DNA from: Gemmatimonadota bacterium
GTDB taxonomy: Bacteria > Gemmatimonadota > Gemmatimonadetes > Gemmatimonadales > GWC2-71-9
Assembly (NCBI GenBank): GCA_003222115.1
Contig: QHUL01000054.1
Coordinates: 56,925 to 120,924 of the forward strand
DNA: 64,000 bases
Reading direction: 5' to 3'
A program made the translations under genes and the position numbers. Each line of letters opens with the position of its first letter. Position 1 is the stretch's first letter. Below are positions 28,292-41,856 of the stretch, in pieces. The notes below the pieces were generated by a model. That model worked only from the letters and a program-made list of their open reading frames with translations, was not told the origin of the DNA and ran no database searches.

Positions 28292-30076
28292 TCAGCCCCC
28301 CGTGGAACCGGTCGCCAGCCCCTTCCAGAGCCGGGCCTGCTTCGCGGAGGGCAACGGAGCGAGCGAGGGGGCGAAAGTCGTGGCGGTGCGCTCCTGCACC
28401 GTGGTGGCGAGGTTCAGCGTCTGCCCGTTCCGCTGCACGACGAGGGTCAGCGGCTGGCCGGCTCTGCCGCGGTAGCGGGCGCGGTATTCGGGCGTCCACT
28501 CCGCATTCGGGCGCACTGCCACGTCGCCCACCTTGACGAGCACGTCCCCGCGCCGCAAGCCGGCGCGCTCGGCGGCACTTCCCGGCACCACGCCCAGGAC
28601 GATGCGCTCCCCCTGGTCGTTCGGGGGGGCGTTGACGCCAAGGAAGGGCGTCGCAACGGTCCGTCGATTGGGCGTGATGCCGGCCTTGGCCAGCACCGCC
28701 TCATAGGGGAGCGGCTCGCGGCCGTTGATGTAGCGCTGGTAGAATCCGTCCACGTCCGGCATCCCGACCTCCCGCAGCAGAGCGAGCAGGTCGTTCGTGG
28801 AGAATCCCTTTCCTCTCTGGTAGAAGCGAGTGAACAGCGCGCGCATGACGTCATCCAGGCTCCGGACGTTGTTCGTCGCGTCGCGGATCGAGACGTCGAG
28901 CAGCAGCCCGGTGAGCGACCCTTTCGGGTAGTAGAGCTGGGAGCTGTTGACGTAGACCTCGTTGATCCACGTCGCGACGCTGCCGTCTTCCTCGCTCCAG
29001 GCCTCCGGGGCCGATTCCACCTGCTGCATGTTCCCGCCGGCGCTCGCGAGGAACTGCTCCGCCGTCCACAGCCCCGAGCGCAGGTTGGTCACGTCGGCGT
29101 AGTAGTCGGTGACGCCTTCCGACCACCACAGCAGCGGGGTGTACTGCTCGCCATGGTAGTCGTACGGCCACATCTCGGCCGGCCGGATCCGCTTCACGTT
29201 CCAGCGGTGGAAGAACTCGTGCGAGATCAGCGGGATCACCAAATTGCCGAGGGTGCCCTGGGCGTCGGCGAACGCAGTCTGGGGCAGGATGTCGTACTGC
29301 GCGCAACTGTGTTCGAGGCCGCCGCCGAAGCTGACGGGCTCGCGCATCGCGCTGAGGAAAATCGTGTAGGATCCGCATGCCGACCCGCCCATCAAGCGGT
29401 CCTCGGTGAGGGCGATGTTCTTCACGGCCGACCGCAGGTTGCGCGCGACCGCCGGCGTATACGCGTCCGCTGGCCATACGGCGAGCCGGATCCACTCGCC
29501 GTCCGCTTGCAGCGAGTCGAGGCTGTACGTCCCTACAAACGTCTGTGCGTCGGCGAGCTCGTGGTAGTCCGCCGCTGCATACGGGCCGCTGCCCGAGCCT
29601 TTGAGCGCCGTGGCCACCTGCCAGCCCGCCGGCAGCGCGAACCGCACCTCGGCCGGCCGCTGCAATTGGCCCTCTTCGTAGAGAAACAGGTTCGTGCCGA
29701 GGAACTGCCCGTAGTCGTCCACGACGCGCGCGAGCGACAGATCGACCGTGTCGGCGAGGTAGTCGAATTCGATCGTCACACGCTCGCTCTTGCCCGTCGC
29801 GACACGCCAGGTGTCCTTATCGTAGCGGTCCCAAAAGAGCGCCGCGCCGGTCGCGCTCCGGACGCCGAAGCCGCGCACGTAGCGTGCGTAGTTCTGGATC
29901 TCGTAGGCCCCGGGACTCCACGCCGGCAGCGATACGTACAGCGTATCCCTGCCGCCCGCCGGGAATTCGGCTGTGACGTGAAACACGTTCGTGGCGGGCG
30001 AGGGGATCGAGACCTCGTATTTCACGGTCTGCGCAGATAGCGGGACGGCGACAAGGAAGCCGATCAGCCAGCGCAC
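28292..30076 (-). CDS. M61 glycyl aminopeptidase-like metallopeptidase with PDZ domain, secreted
   Basis: Signal peptide; PAWSPGAY, GGGLEH, HEFFHRWNVKRIRP, LWWSEGVTDY, C-terminal PDZ (GSAAERAGL..GDV). Confidence 0.9.
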   Translation of the reverse strand: MRWLIGFLVAVPLSAQTVKYEVSIPSPATNVFHVTAEFPAGGRDTLYVSLPAWSPGAYEIQNYARYVRGFGVRSATGAALFWDRYDKDTWRVATGKSERVTIEFDYLADTVDLSLARVVDDYGQFLGTNLFLYEEGQLQRPAEVRFALPAGWQVATALKGSGSGPYAAADYHELADAQTFVGTYSLDSLQADGEWIRLAVWPADAYTPAVARNLRSAVKNIALTEDRLMGGSACGSYTIFLSAMREPVSFGGGLEHSCAQYDILPQTAFADAQGTLGNLVIPLISHEFFHRWNVKRIRPAEMWPYDYHGEQYTPLLWWSEGVTDYYADVTNLRSGLWTAEQFLASAGGNMQQVESAPEAWSEEDGSVATWINEVYVNSSQLYYPKGSLTGLLLDVSIRDATNNVRSLDDVMRALFTRFYQRGKGFSTNDLLALLREVGMPDVDGFYQRYINGREPLPYEAVLAKAGITPNRRTVATPFLGVNAPPNDQGERIVLGVVPGSAAERAGLRRGDVLVKVGDVAVRPNAEWTPEYRARYRGRAGQPLTLVVQRNGQTLNLATTVQERTATTFAPSLAPLPSAKQARLWKGLATGSTGG

Positions 30077-30174
30077 CGGGTGACTCCGCGGGGACGGGAC
30101 GTGCTGTGTACACCGCTCAAAACGAAGCGGCCCAGACGGTTAGTCCGGGCCGCGTGGTGGGCGCGACGCGCGCG

Positions 30175-30489
30175 TCAGGAACTCACTTTCTCGCTCGCCT
30201 CGGCCACCATGGCACGCAACTCCTTGCTGGGCTTGAAGACCGGCACTGGACGCGCGGCCACTTCGACCGGGTCGCCGGTGCGCGGGTTGCGGGCCATGCG
30301 CGTCTTGCGCTGCCGGATCTTGAACGTCCCAAACCCGCGTATCTCAATGTTATGCTGCTCGGCCAGTGCCGCTTTCACGGCGTCCAGGAACGAGTCAACG
30401 ACGCGGGCGCAGTCCTTCTTTGAGATGAGGGGACCGGCGGTTCGTGCGATTTGTGCGGTGACCTTTTCGACCAAATCGGCCTTCGTCAT
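30175..30489 (-). CDS. HU/IHF family DNA-binding protein
   Basis: MTKADLV, IEIRGFGTF, ARNPRTG, PVFKPSKEL. Confidence 0.93.
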   Translation of the reverse strand: MTKADLVEKVTAQIARTAGPLISKKDCARVVDSFLDAVKAALAEQHNIEIRGFGTFKIRQRKTRMARNPRTGDPVEVAARPVPVFKPSKELRAMVAEASEKVSS

Positions 30490-30548
30490 CCGTCCCCCCT
30501 GAAGGGCCCAAGGGTTGCGCAAAGCCGGGGGCCAACATACGGGCTTAC

Positions 30549-31658
30549 CTATTGAGTGTCAAGGGCTTGGAGGAATTGGCGGAAGTGTCCCTGTGCGTCA
30601 TGTGGGCCCGGCGACGCCTCGGGGTGGTACTGGACGGCGAAAATCGGGTACTCGCGGTGCCGCACGCCTTCGACGGTACCGTCGTTGAGGTTAAGGTGGG
30701 TGACCTCGAGAGCGCTCGCTCCAGGGACGCCCGAGGTGTCGCCCCGCACCGCAAAGCCGTGGTTTTGTGACGTTATAAGTACTTGTCCTGTCTGCACATC
30801 CCGAACCGGGTGATTGCCCCCGCGATGGCCGTAGGGAAGCTTGACCGTCTCGCCGCCCAGAGCAAGCCCCAGCAGCTGGTGGCCGAGGCAGATGCCGAAG
30901 ATCGGTACAGTGCCGTCGGCGAGTTCACGCAGGGTGTGAATCGCGTATGCCACCGCTGCCGGGTCGCCCGGGCCGTTCGAGAGGAAGACGCCGTCCGGCT
31001 GGAGCTCGCGGACGCGATCGGCTGGCGTCTGCGCCGGGACCACGGTGACGCGGCACCCGTTCTGGATGAAGAGGCGCAGGATGTTGCGCTTCATCCCATA
31101 GTCGTAAGCGACGATGTGATGCTTGGCGTCGGCCGGCCCCTCGGTGTGTTCCGCGGCGATCGTCGCCGCCGTCGCGAGATCGAGCCCGTCCATCGAGGGA
31201 CTGGCGGCGAGGGCGGCCCGCACGTCGTCGCCGGGCCGCTCACCCAAAGCCACGACGCCGCGCATCGCGCCGCGAGATCGGATGTGCCGGGTGAGCTGGC
31301 GCGTGTCGACGTCGGCGACGATCGGCACGTGGGCCGCCGCCAGCCAGTCGGCGAGCGCGCCAGTCGCCCGCCAGTTGGACGGCTTGACCGCCAGCTCCCG
31401 CACGATGACGCCGGCGACGTGCGGTCGGTCCGACTCCACGTCTTCCGGATTGATGCCGTAATTGCCGATCATCGGCGCGGTCATCACGACGAGCTGCCCC
31501 ATATAGGAGGGATCGGTGAACACCTCTTGGTACCCGGACAAATTGGTGGTGAACACGACTTCGGCGTAGGCGGGCTCGAACGGGAAGGGAGCGGTTCCGG
31601 GGAACCACGCGCCGTCTTCCAGGAGCGCGTAGGCCGGGCGCTGCTCAGGGACGGGGAT
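30549..31658 (-). CDS. carA: Carbamoyl-phosphate synthase small subunit (start codon uncertain or non-canonical)
   Basis: [46 protein letters not shown]. The frame stays open upstream of the ORF-track GTG at 31556. Confidence 0.9.
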   Translation of the reverse strand: MPVPEQRPAYALLEDGAWFPGTAPFPFEPAYAEVVFTTNLSGYQEVFTDPSYMGQLVVMTAPMIGNYGINPEDVESDRPHVAGVIVRELAVKPSNWRATGALADWLAAAHVPIVADVDTRQLTRHIRSRGAMRGVVALGERPGDDVRAALAASPSMDGLDLATAATIAAEHTEGPADAKHHIVAYDYGMKRNILRLFIQNGCRVTVVPAQTPADRVRELQPDGVFLSNGPGDPAAVAYAIHTLRELADGTVPIFGICLGHQLLGLALGGETVKLPYGHRGGNHPVRDVQTGQVLITSQNHGFAVRGDTSGVPGASALEVTHLNLNDGTVEGVRHREYPIFAVQYHPEASPGPHDAQGHFRQFLQALDTQ

Positions 31659-32007
31659 TGGGACTCGGCGGTTTTTGTGGAGTCGGCTGCTGCGGCGTCT
31701 GGAGCGGCAGTGGTGCCGCCTGCACGGGCTCCGGTGCCGGGACGTTGCCCTCGAGCACGGAGCGCGGCGCCCCGCCCCGAGCCGACAGGATCGCGAGGCA
31801 CAGCGACAGGAACAGGAACAGTCCGGCGCACGACCAGGTGATCTTCGTGAGCAGCGTCGTGGCCTGGCGTCCGCCCATGAACATCTCCGTGCCCGACCCG
31901 CCCCCGAGCGACGCGAGCCCGCCGCCCTGCCCTGCCTGCAGCAGCACCGCCATGGCGAGGACGAATGAATCGAGCAGCAGGACGGCCATCAGGATCGTGG
32001 AGACCAT
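31645..32007 (-). CDS. secG: Preprotein translocase subunit SecG
   Basis: [24 protein letters not shown]; two TM segments; downstream of tpiA. Confidence 0.9.
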   Translation of the reverse strand: MVSTILMAVLLLDSFVLAMAVLLQAGQGGGLASLGGGSGTEMFMGGRQATTLLTKITWSCAGLFLFLSLCLAILSARGGAPRSVLEGNVPAPEPVQAAPLPLQTPQQPTPQKPPSPNPRP

Positions 32008-32023
32008 GCGGGAGGTAAGCTAG

Positions 32024-32769
32024 TCAGCCCGCGGCGGTCTGCACAAGCTCCGCCCAGCTCTCCGGGTTGAGGGACGCGCCCCCTACGAGCGCGCCGTCGA
32101 GCTCCGGCTCAACGAGCAGCTCCGCGATGTTCTTCAGGCTCACGCTGCCGCCATACACCACGCGTGTCTCGCCCGCTCCGTGCGCGGCGAGCCAGGAACG
32201 GATCTCCCGATGCACGAGGGCGGCGTCCTGCGGCGTCGCGTTGCGGCCCGTCCCGATCGCCCAGACCGGCTCGTAGGCGATGAGAACGCGCCGCAGCGCG
32301 CCGCCATCCAGGCCGCCGAGGGCCCCGCTGAGCTGGCGCCTCACGACGGGCAGCGTGTGGCCGGCGTCCCGTTCGGCGAGGGTCTCGCCGACGCACAGCA
32401 ACGGGACGAGGCCGGCCGCGAGGGCCGCCGCCGTTTTCCTGCGGGTGTCGTCGTCCGTCTCCCCGAACAACTGGCGCCGCTCGGAATGGCCCACCAGCGC
32501 GGCCTTGGCGCCCGCTTGGGCGGCGAGGGGCGCCGAGACCGCGCCGGTGAAGGCGCCCTTCGCTTCCCAGTGGATGTCCTGCACGCCCACCAGCAGGTCT
32601 TCGCGCTCTCGCACGGCGTCGGCCGCCGCTTCGAGCGACACCGCCGGCGGGAAGAACCACACGGTACGGTCCTCGTGGCGCCGGTAGCGGGTGCGGAACG
32701 TCTTGAGGTAGGCCCGGGCCTCGGCCGGCCCGAGATGCATCTTCCAGTTGGCGGCAAAGAGGAGCCGCC

Positions 32770-32773
<4 letters not shown>
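32024..32773 (-). CDS. tpiA: Triosephosphate isomerase
   Basis: AANWKM, GHSERR, AYEPVWAIGTG, YGGSV, LVGGASL. Confidence 0.95.
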
Positions 32774-35726
<2,953 letters not shown>

Positions 35727-35734
<8 letters not shown>

Positions 35735-36548
35735 GGAGCGCGCGGTTCACGGCCGCGCGCATCACCTCGACGGGTGCGGCCTGGCCGGGGAAGAAGCGAG
35801 TGAGCGCCGCCGCCCCCTGGCGCACCAGCATCTCGCGGCCGTCCGCGGCCGCAACGCCGCGGGCGCGGAGCATCCGCACCCAGCGGGTCTCGCCCGGCGC
35901 GTAGACGAGGTCGAGTGCCGTGGTGACCTGCGGCATCTCCTCCGCAGCGAGCGGCAGGGGGTCGGGTTCCTCCAGGCCGAGGGGCGTGGCATTGATCACG
36001 ATCTCGGTCGCCACCGGGCCCCGGGCCGCGTGCGCACTCGCGCCCACGCCCTCCGCCCAGCGGGCGAAGGCGCGCGCGCGCTCCGGGTCGCGAGAGCGGA
36101 TGTGCAGCTCCGCCCTCGCCTCCGCGGCCGCGACCGCCACCGCGCGGGCCGAGCCCCCCGTGCCGAGCACGAGCCAGCGTCCCGCCCCGTCCCCGCCCAG
36201 CGCGCGCAGGGCGGCGAGCACGCCGGGCACGTCCGTGTTGTCCCCCACCAGCTGACCGTGCTCGGTCCAGAAGGTATTGCACGCTCCCACGCGGGCGCAC
36301 AGATCGGTTTTGCGCGCGCAGCATCGTTCCACCGCTTCCTTGTGGGGCACGGTGACGTTCCCGGCGGCGCCGACGCTCGCCAGCGCGCTGAGCAGCGAGG
36401 AGAGGGCGGCGGCGGGGGTCGGCAGCGCGACGTAGACGGCGTCGAGCCCGAGCGCTCGGAATGCCGCGTTGTACATCGTGGGAGAGAGCGAGTGGGCGAT
36501 CGGCTCCCCGATCACCCCCAGCAGCCTGGTGCTAGCGCTGATCTCCAC
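35727..36548 (-). CDS. aroE: Shikimate dehydrogenase
   Basis: GEPIAHSLSP, NVTVPHK, GDNTD, LGTGGSARA, NATPLG, DLVY. Confidence 0.92.
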
Positions 36549-37008
36549 GCTCGGCCTCCGCGACGATGCGCTCCACCGCCGTCGCGACGAGCGCCTCGAG
36601 CTCCGCGCAGGTGTCGCGGTAGACGTCGAGGTCCCCACCAAACGGGTCGCTCACCTCGGCCTCGTCCCCCTCTCGCCCGGCGTACTCGCCCAGCACGAAC
36701 ACATGCCCTTCGCCACCGAGCTCGTCCACACGCGCGCGGTGATGACGCGCCATCGTGAGAATCAGGTCGGCCGCGTCCACCATCTCGCGGGTGAGCAGCT
36801 GCGCGCGGTGGCCCGAGAGATCGAGCCCCCGCTCGAGCCCCACCAGGTAGGCGCCTTCCGACACCGGCGCACCGTCCCACGCGCCCGTCCCCGCCGAGGA
36901 CACGTCGATCGCGTCGAGCCCGCGCTCCTTGAGGGCGCGCTCCAACAACGCGGCCGCGAGCGGGCTGCGGCAGATGTTACCGGTGCAGACGAGCAGGATC
37001 GTCTTCAT
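36532..37008 (-). CDS. Low-molecular-weight protein arginine/tyrosine phosphatase
   Basis: CTGNICRS P-loop, SAGT, DPFGG. Confidence 0.92.
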   Translation of the reverse strand: MKTILLVCTGNICRSPLAAALLERALKERGLDAIDVSSAGTGAWDGAPVSEGAYLVGLERGLDLSGHRAQLLTREMVDAADLILTMARHHRARVDELGGEGHVFVLGEYAGREGDEAEVSDPFGGDLDVYRDTCAELEALVATAVERIVAEAERGDQR

Positions 37009-37015
37009 TCGCGTT

Positions 37016-37669
37016 TCACGGAGCCAACCGGCCCGCGGCGCGGCGCAGATCCGCCAGCGTCAGCGCGCCTTCGCGCACGAGGCGGGGCGTCGGGCGTGTG
37101 CAGTCAACCACGGTCGACGGCGGCGAGTTCCCCAGGACCCCGCCATCCAACACCACTAGTGTACCTGCTTCGGCCGCCGCCGCGAAGTCGCGCAGGATCG
37201 CTTCCGGCCCGGGGGCCGGAGGCTGGCCGGGCAGGTTGGCCGACGTCGAGGTGATCGGCTCCCCCAGCGCGGCGACGAGCCGGGCCATCCCCCGGTGCGA
37301 CGTCCACCGCACGGCGATCCCCCCCTCCGGTCCCCGCAGCAGATCGGGAAGCCGGCCGCCACCTCCCGCGAGCACCAGCGTGAGGGGGCCCGGCCAGAAG
37401 GCGCGGGCGAGCGCGCTCGCCACCTCGTTGAAGGCCAGTCCCTGGGCTTCGGCCATGGTCTGGCCGCTCACCAGCAGCAGGAACGGCTTGTCGGGCCGCC
37501 GGCCTTTCAACCGGGCGAGCGCGCGCACGTCCGTCTCGCGCGCCCGCGAGCCGAGACCATACACCGTTTCGGTCGGGTAGGCGAGCAACCCTCCGCGCCG
37601 CAGATGGGCCGTGACGGGGGCCAGTGCCCCCTCGACCTCGGCGTCGGTCCGGAAGGGGACGGGCTTCAC
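37016..37669 (-). CDS. tsaC: L-threonylcarbamoyladenylate synthase (Sua5/YrdC)
   Basis: YPTETVYGL, KGR, WPGPLT, STSAN, PSTVVD. Confidence 0.9.
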   Translation of the reverse strand: MKPVPFRTDAEVEGALAPVTAHLRRGGLLAYPTETVYGLGSRARETDVRALARLKGRRPDKPFLLLVSGQTMAEAQGLAFNEVASALARAFWPGPLTLVLAGGGGRLPDLLRGPEGGIAVRWTSHRGMARLVAALGEPITSTSANLPGQPPAPGPEAILRDFAAAAEAGTLVVLDGGVLGNSPPSTVVDCTRPTPRLVREGALTLADLRRAAGRLAP

Positions 37670-38370
37670 CGCAGCTCACGCGCCAGGGCCTCGGCGATGC
37701 GGAAGTCATCGGCAGTCGTGACCTTGAAGTTCTGCGGCGTGTCGGGCACCACCTCGAGGGGCGCGCCGGCACGCTCGCACACCTCGGCGTCGTCCGTGGG
37801 GGCCTCGTTCCCGCCGAGTCGCGCGTAGGCCTGCTCCAGCATCGCCCGCGGGAAGCCCTGCGGCGTGTGGGTACGCCACAGCCGCTCTCGCGGAACGGTC
37901 CTCACGATCTGGCGGTTCTCGACGACCTCCTTCACGGTGTCGCTCACGGGCACGGCGGCAACCGCGCCGACCCCCTCCCGCGCGCGCGCGATCACGCCGT
38001 CGATGGTTTCGCGGCTGACGAAGGGGCGGGCGGCGTCGTGCACCAGCACCACGGTGGCGTGCGGGGTCAGAGCGCGCAGGCCCGCGCGCACGGACTGCGC
38101 GCGCGTGTCGCCGCCGGGCACGAGCCCCAGCCGCTCACCCCCGAGCTTCGCGAGCCAGTCGGGCGGCTGCTGGACGTGGCCCGCGGGGAGCGCGACCACG
38201 ACGTGCACCACCTCCGGGTGCGACGTGAACGGCCGCAGCGCCCGCAACAGCATCGGCACGCCATGGATCGGGCGGAACTGCTTGGGCTCGCCCGGACCGG
38301 CACGCACACCGGCCCCGGCCGCCACGATCACGACGCCGACGTCAGGCCGCGACGCGGCGGGCGAGCTCAC
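37666..38370 (-). CDS. ispD: 2-C-methyl-D-erythritol 4-phosphate cytidylyltransferase
   Basis: VAAGAGVR..PKQF, GGDTRAQSV, VHDAARP, TPQGF, TDDA, NFKVTT; start approximate. Confidence 0.92.
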   Translation of the reverse strand: MSSPAASRPDVGVVIVAAGAGVRAGPGEPKQFRPIHGVPMLLRALRPFTSHPEVVHVVVALPAGHVQQPPDWLAKLGGERLGLVPGGDTRAQSVRAGLRALTPHATVVLVHDAARPFVSRETIDGVIARAREGVGAVAAVPVSDTVKEVVENRQIVRTVPRERLWRTHTPQGFPRAMLEQAYARLGGNEAPTDDAEVCERAGAPLEVVPDTPQNFKVTTADDFRIAEALARELR

Positions 38371-39706
38371 CGATCCCGTCCAGCGCGACGAGCTCGACCC
38401 CCGCCGCGCCGGGCGCGATCCGCGACCGCGCCGAGCAGAAGACGCGGCGGAAGCCCTGGCGCGCGGCCTCCGCCAGCCGCCGCTCCACGCCGGCCACGGG
38501 CCGTATCTCGCCGCCCAACCCGACCTCGCCCAGGAACAGCGCGTCGGCCGGGAGCGGGCGGTCCCGCACGCTCGACACCAACGCGGCGAGCACCGCCAGA
38601 TCCGTGGACGGCTCGACCAGGCGGATCCCGCCCGTGACATTCACGAACACGTCCAGCTCCCCGCAGGCCACGCCGCCGCGGCGCTCCAGCACCGCGAGCA
38701 GGACCGCCAGCCGGCGGTGGTCGAGGCCGGTCGCGACCCGCTGCGGCGTGCCGAACCCGGCCTTCGCAGCGAGCGCCTGGATCTCAACGAGGAGCGGGCG
38801 GGTGCCTTCCATCAGCGCGGTCACGGCGGAGCCGGAGGTGTTGGTCACCCGGCCCGCGAGGAACGTCGCCGCCGGGTCCGCGACGGGCAGGAGCCCGCCC
38901 CCCGTCATCTCGAACACGCCGATCTCGTCGACCGAGCCGAACCGGTTCTTCACGGCGCGCAGCACCCGGTGATCGAGCGTGTGCTCGCCTTCGAAGTAGA
39001 GGACGGTGTCCACGATGTGCTCAAGCGTCTTGGGCCCGGCGATCCCGCCCCCGCGCGTCACGTGCCCGACGAGCAGCACTGCTGGCCCGGCCTGCTTGGC
39101 GAAGCGCATCAGCCGCGCCGCGCACTCCCGCACCTGGCCGACGTTGCCGGGGGCGCCCTCGAGCTCGTCGGTGTAGGTGGTCTGGATCGAGTCCACGAAC
39201 ACGACGCGGGAGCCAAGCGCCTGGGCGTGATGGAGGATCGCCTCGAGCCGCGTCTCCCCCAACACGTGGACGCCGCGCGCGTCGTCCGCCAGCCGCTCCG
39301 CGCGCAGGCGCAGCTGGTCGGGCGACTCCTCGCCAGAGACGTAGAGGGTGGGGATGCCGGCCTGCTCGAGCCGGGCGGCGCATTGGAGCAGCAGGGTGGA
39401 TTTTCCGATGCCGGGCTCCCCGCCCACCAGCACGACGGATCCGGGGACGATGCCCCCGCCGAGCACGAAATCGAATTCGGCCAGTCCGGTGCGCCAGCGC
39501 TCCGGGCGGACAGTTGCAAGGTTGGAAAGTTGGACGGGAGCGACGTCTCCCGCTCTGGCCTTCCAACCTTCCGACCTTCCAACCGATCGCCCCACCGCCT
39601 CCTCCACCAGCGTATTCCACTCCCCGCACGCGTCGCAGCGCCCCGCCCACTTCGGCTGCTCCGCGCCGCATTCCGTGCAGCGGAACACGGAGCGCGCCTT
39701 AGCCAC
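38342..39706 (-). CDS. radA: DNA repair protein RadA/Sms
   Basis: CTECG..GRCDACGEW zinc finger, GEPGIGKST, KNRFG. Confidence 0.96.
   Translation of the reverse strand: MAKARSVFRCTECGAEQPKWAGRCDACGEWNTLVEEAVGRSVGRSEGWKARAGDVAPVQLSNLATVRPERWRTGLAEFDFVLGGGIVPGSVVLVGGEPGIGKSTLLLQCAARLEQAGIPTLYVSGEESPDQLRLRAERLADDARGVHVLGETRLEAILHHAQALGSRVVFVDSIQTTYTDELEGAPGNVGQVRECAARLMRFAKQAGPAVLLVGHVTRGGGIAGPKTLEHIVDTVLYFEGEHTLDHRVLRAVKNRFGSVDEIGVFEMTGGGLLPVADPAATFLAGRVTNTSGSAVTALMEGTRPLLVEIQALAAKAGFGTPQRVATGLDHRRLAVLLAVLERRGGVACGELDVFVNVTGGIRLVEPSTDLAVLAALVSSVRDRPLPADALFLGEVGLGGEIRPVAGVERRLAEAARQGFRRVFCSARSRIAPGAAGVELVALDGIGELARRVAA
39505..39598. repeat. Inverted 8-mer repeat (AAGGTTGG-like / CCTTCCAA-like) inside the radA linker
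   Basis: acagttgc aaggttgg aaagttgg ... ccttccaa ccttccga ccttccaa flanking a small cgggag/ctcccg stem. Confidence 0.75.
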
Positions 39707-41111
39707 GGTTCGCCTCGGGCGGTGTGTCCCGCAGGGTGCGGTTGTCGAACCGGGTGAATTCGCGCTTGAAGTACAGCGGCACGAGGCCGGTGGGGCCGTT
39801 GCGCTGCTTACTGACGAGCAGCTCCGCCAGACCCTCGATGTTGTTCCCGTCTTTGTCGGTCGGGCCGTAATACATCTCGGGGCGGTAGATGAAGCACACC
39901 ACGTCCGCGTCCTGCTCGATCGCGCCCGACTCGCGCAGGTCGGAGAGCTGCGGGCGGTGGTCGCCGGTGCGCTGGTCCGGCGCCCGCGACAGCTGCGACA
40001 GCGCGACGACCGGGATGTCGAGCTCCTTCGCCAGCGCCTTGAGGGAGCGCGAGATGTAGGAGATCTCCTGCTGGCGGCTCTCGGCGTCGGAGGGGCCTTG
40101 CATGAGCTGGAGGTAGTCCACGACCACCATGCCGATGTCGTGCTCGGCCTTGAGGCGGCGCGCCTTGGAGCGCATGGCGAGGGGGGTGAGCGTGGCGGAG
40201 TCGTCGATCCAGATGGGAGCCGTCCCGAGCAGCCCGGCCGCGCGGGCGAGCTTCGGATAGTCGTCGTCGCGCAGTTGGCCACGCCGCAGCCGCTGCGCGT
40301 CCACCAGGCCCTCCGAGCACAGCAGGCGCTGCACCAGCGCGTCCTTGGACATCTCGAGCGAGAATACCGCGACCCCGATGTTGCGCTCGATCGCCGCGTG
40401 CTGCACCACGTTGAGCACCAGGGCCGTCTTTCCCATCGACGGCCGCGCCGCGATGATGACCAGGTCGGCCTTCTGGAACCCGGCGGTCAGGCGGTCGAGG
40501 TCCACGAACCCGGTCGGCACCCCCGTGACGGCGCCGTGGCCCGCCTGCAGCTGCTCGATCCGCTCCATCGTCGGCCAGATGAGCTCTTTGAGGCGCGTGA
40601 ACTCCTCGCTGCGCTTGAGCTGGGCGACCTGAAACACGCGGTGCTCGGCATTGTCGAGCACCTCGGAGGAGCTCGCGCGCCCGTCGTAGACGTCCTGAAT
40701 GATGGACGTCGCCGCCTCGATCAGCCGGCGCAGCACCGCCTTGTCGCGGACGATGCGGGCGTGATAGTCGACGTTCGCGGCCGTGGGGACGACGTCGATG
40801 AGCGAGCCGATGTACTCCATGCCGCCGGCGCGGTCCAGGTCGCCCCGACGCACCAGCTCGTCCCGCAGCGTCACCGGGTCGATGACGTCGCCGCGTTCGG
40901 TGAGCGCCACCATCGCGCGGAACAGGAGACGGTGCGCCTCCCGATAGAACATCGTGTCGTCGAGCAGCTCGGCGGCCTTGAGGGCCGCGTCCTGATCCAG
41001 CAGCATGGCCCCGAGCACGGCCTGCTCCGCCTCGTTGCTCCAGGGAGCCTGGCGGCCGGCGTACTCTGCGGGATGCTCAGTCGAGGAGACGGCGGGCGAT
41101 GCGGACGTCAT
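39699..41111 (-). CDS. dnaB: Replicative DNA helicase
   Basis: EAEQAVLG, AARPSMGKT, DYLQLM, LSQLSR, DLRESGAIEQDAD, KQRNGP. Confidence 0.97.
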   Translation of the reverse strand: MTSASPAVSSTEHPAEYAGRQAPWSNEAEQAVLGAMLLDQDAALKAAELLDDTMFYREAHRLLFRAMVALTERGDVIDPVTLRDELVRRGDLDRAGGMEYIGSLIDVVPTAANVDYHARIVRDKAVLRRLIEAATSIIQDVYDGRASSSEVLDNAEHRVFQVAQLKRSEEFTRLKELIWPTMERIEQLQAGHGAVTGVPTGFVDLDRLTAGFQKADLVIIAARPSMGKTALVLNVVQHAAIERNIGVAVFSLEMSKDALVQRLLCSEGLVDAQRLRRGQLRDDDYPKLARAAGLLGTAPIWIDDSATLTPLAMRSKARRLKAEHDIGMVVVDYLQLMQGPSDAESRQQEISYISRSLKALAKELDIPVVALSQLSRAPDQRTGDHRPQLSDLRESGAIEQDADVVCFIYRPEMYYGPTDKDGNNIEGLAELLVSKQRNGPTGLVPLYFKREFTRFDNRTLRDTPPEANRG

Positions 41112-41856
41112 CCCAGGTCGGCTTCTTCCAATTGGGGTTGCGCAGCAGGGCTGCGGGATGGTAGGTGACGATGACCGGGACGCCCCGGAACCGATGCACC
41201 TGGTTCCGCAGGCCCCCGACCGATTGCTTCGTGTTGAGGAGCGTCTGCGCCGCGGTGCCCCCCATCGCCAGCACGACCTTGGGCTTGAGGAGCTCGATCT
41301 GGCGGAACAGGTACGGCGCGCAGGCCGCGATCTCGTCGTACTGCGGCAGGCGGTTCTCGGGTGGGCGGCACTTCACCACGTTGCAGATGAACACCCGCTC
41401 GCGTGGCAGCTCGATCGCGGCGAGGATCTTCGTGAGCAGCTCGCCGGCCGGTCCCACGAAGGGGCGTCCGGTGTCGTCCTCCACTCTGCCGGGACCTTCC
41501 CCGACGACGACGAGCCGCGCGTCCTCCGGCCCCTCGCCCGGTACGGCGTTGCGTCGCCCGTCGCACAGCCGGCACTTCGTGCACCCGCGCACCTGCGCGG
41601 CGATGGCGTCGAGTGACTTCGCCTGCTGCAGGGGATCGCTCGTGAACAGGTCGCCGCTCGGGGGGTCGAAGGAGATGCCGGGCGGTGGAAGCGCCGTGCC
41701 CGGACGGTCGAGCTTTCCGTCCGCCTGACCACCTGTCCGCCCGACGGCCGACGGTGATGTGGGAGGCGAATTGGTCGGCGACAGAATGACCGAGTCGCCC
41801 CCCAGCAGCCGCTGCTGTTCCAGGTAAGTCCGCGCCCGTGCCCGCCCGTCCGTCAC
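41077..41856 (-). CDS. Uracil-DNA glycosylase, family 4
   Basis: CTKCRL, VGEGPG, GRPFVG, NVVKCRPPENR, YHPAALLR. Confidence 0.92.
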   Translation of the reverse strand: MTDGRARARTYLEQQRLLGGDSVILSPTNSPPTSPSAVGRTGGQADGKLDRPGTALPPPGISFDPPSGDLFTSDPLQQAKSLDAIAAQVRGCTKCRLCDGRRNAVPGEGPEDARLVVVGEGPGRVEDDTGRPFVGPAGELLTKILAAIELPRERVFICNVVKCRPPENRLPQYDEIAACAPYLFRQIELLKPKVVLAMGGTAAQTLLNTKQSVGGLRNQVHRFRGVPVIVTYHPAALLRNPNWKKPTWDDVRIARRLLD

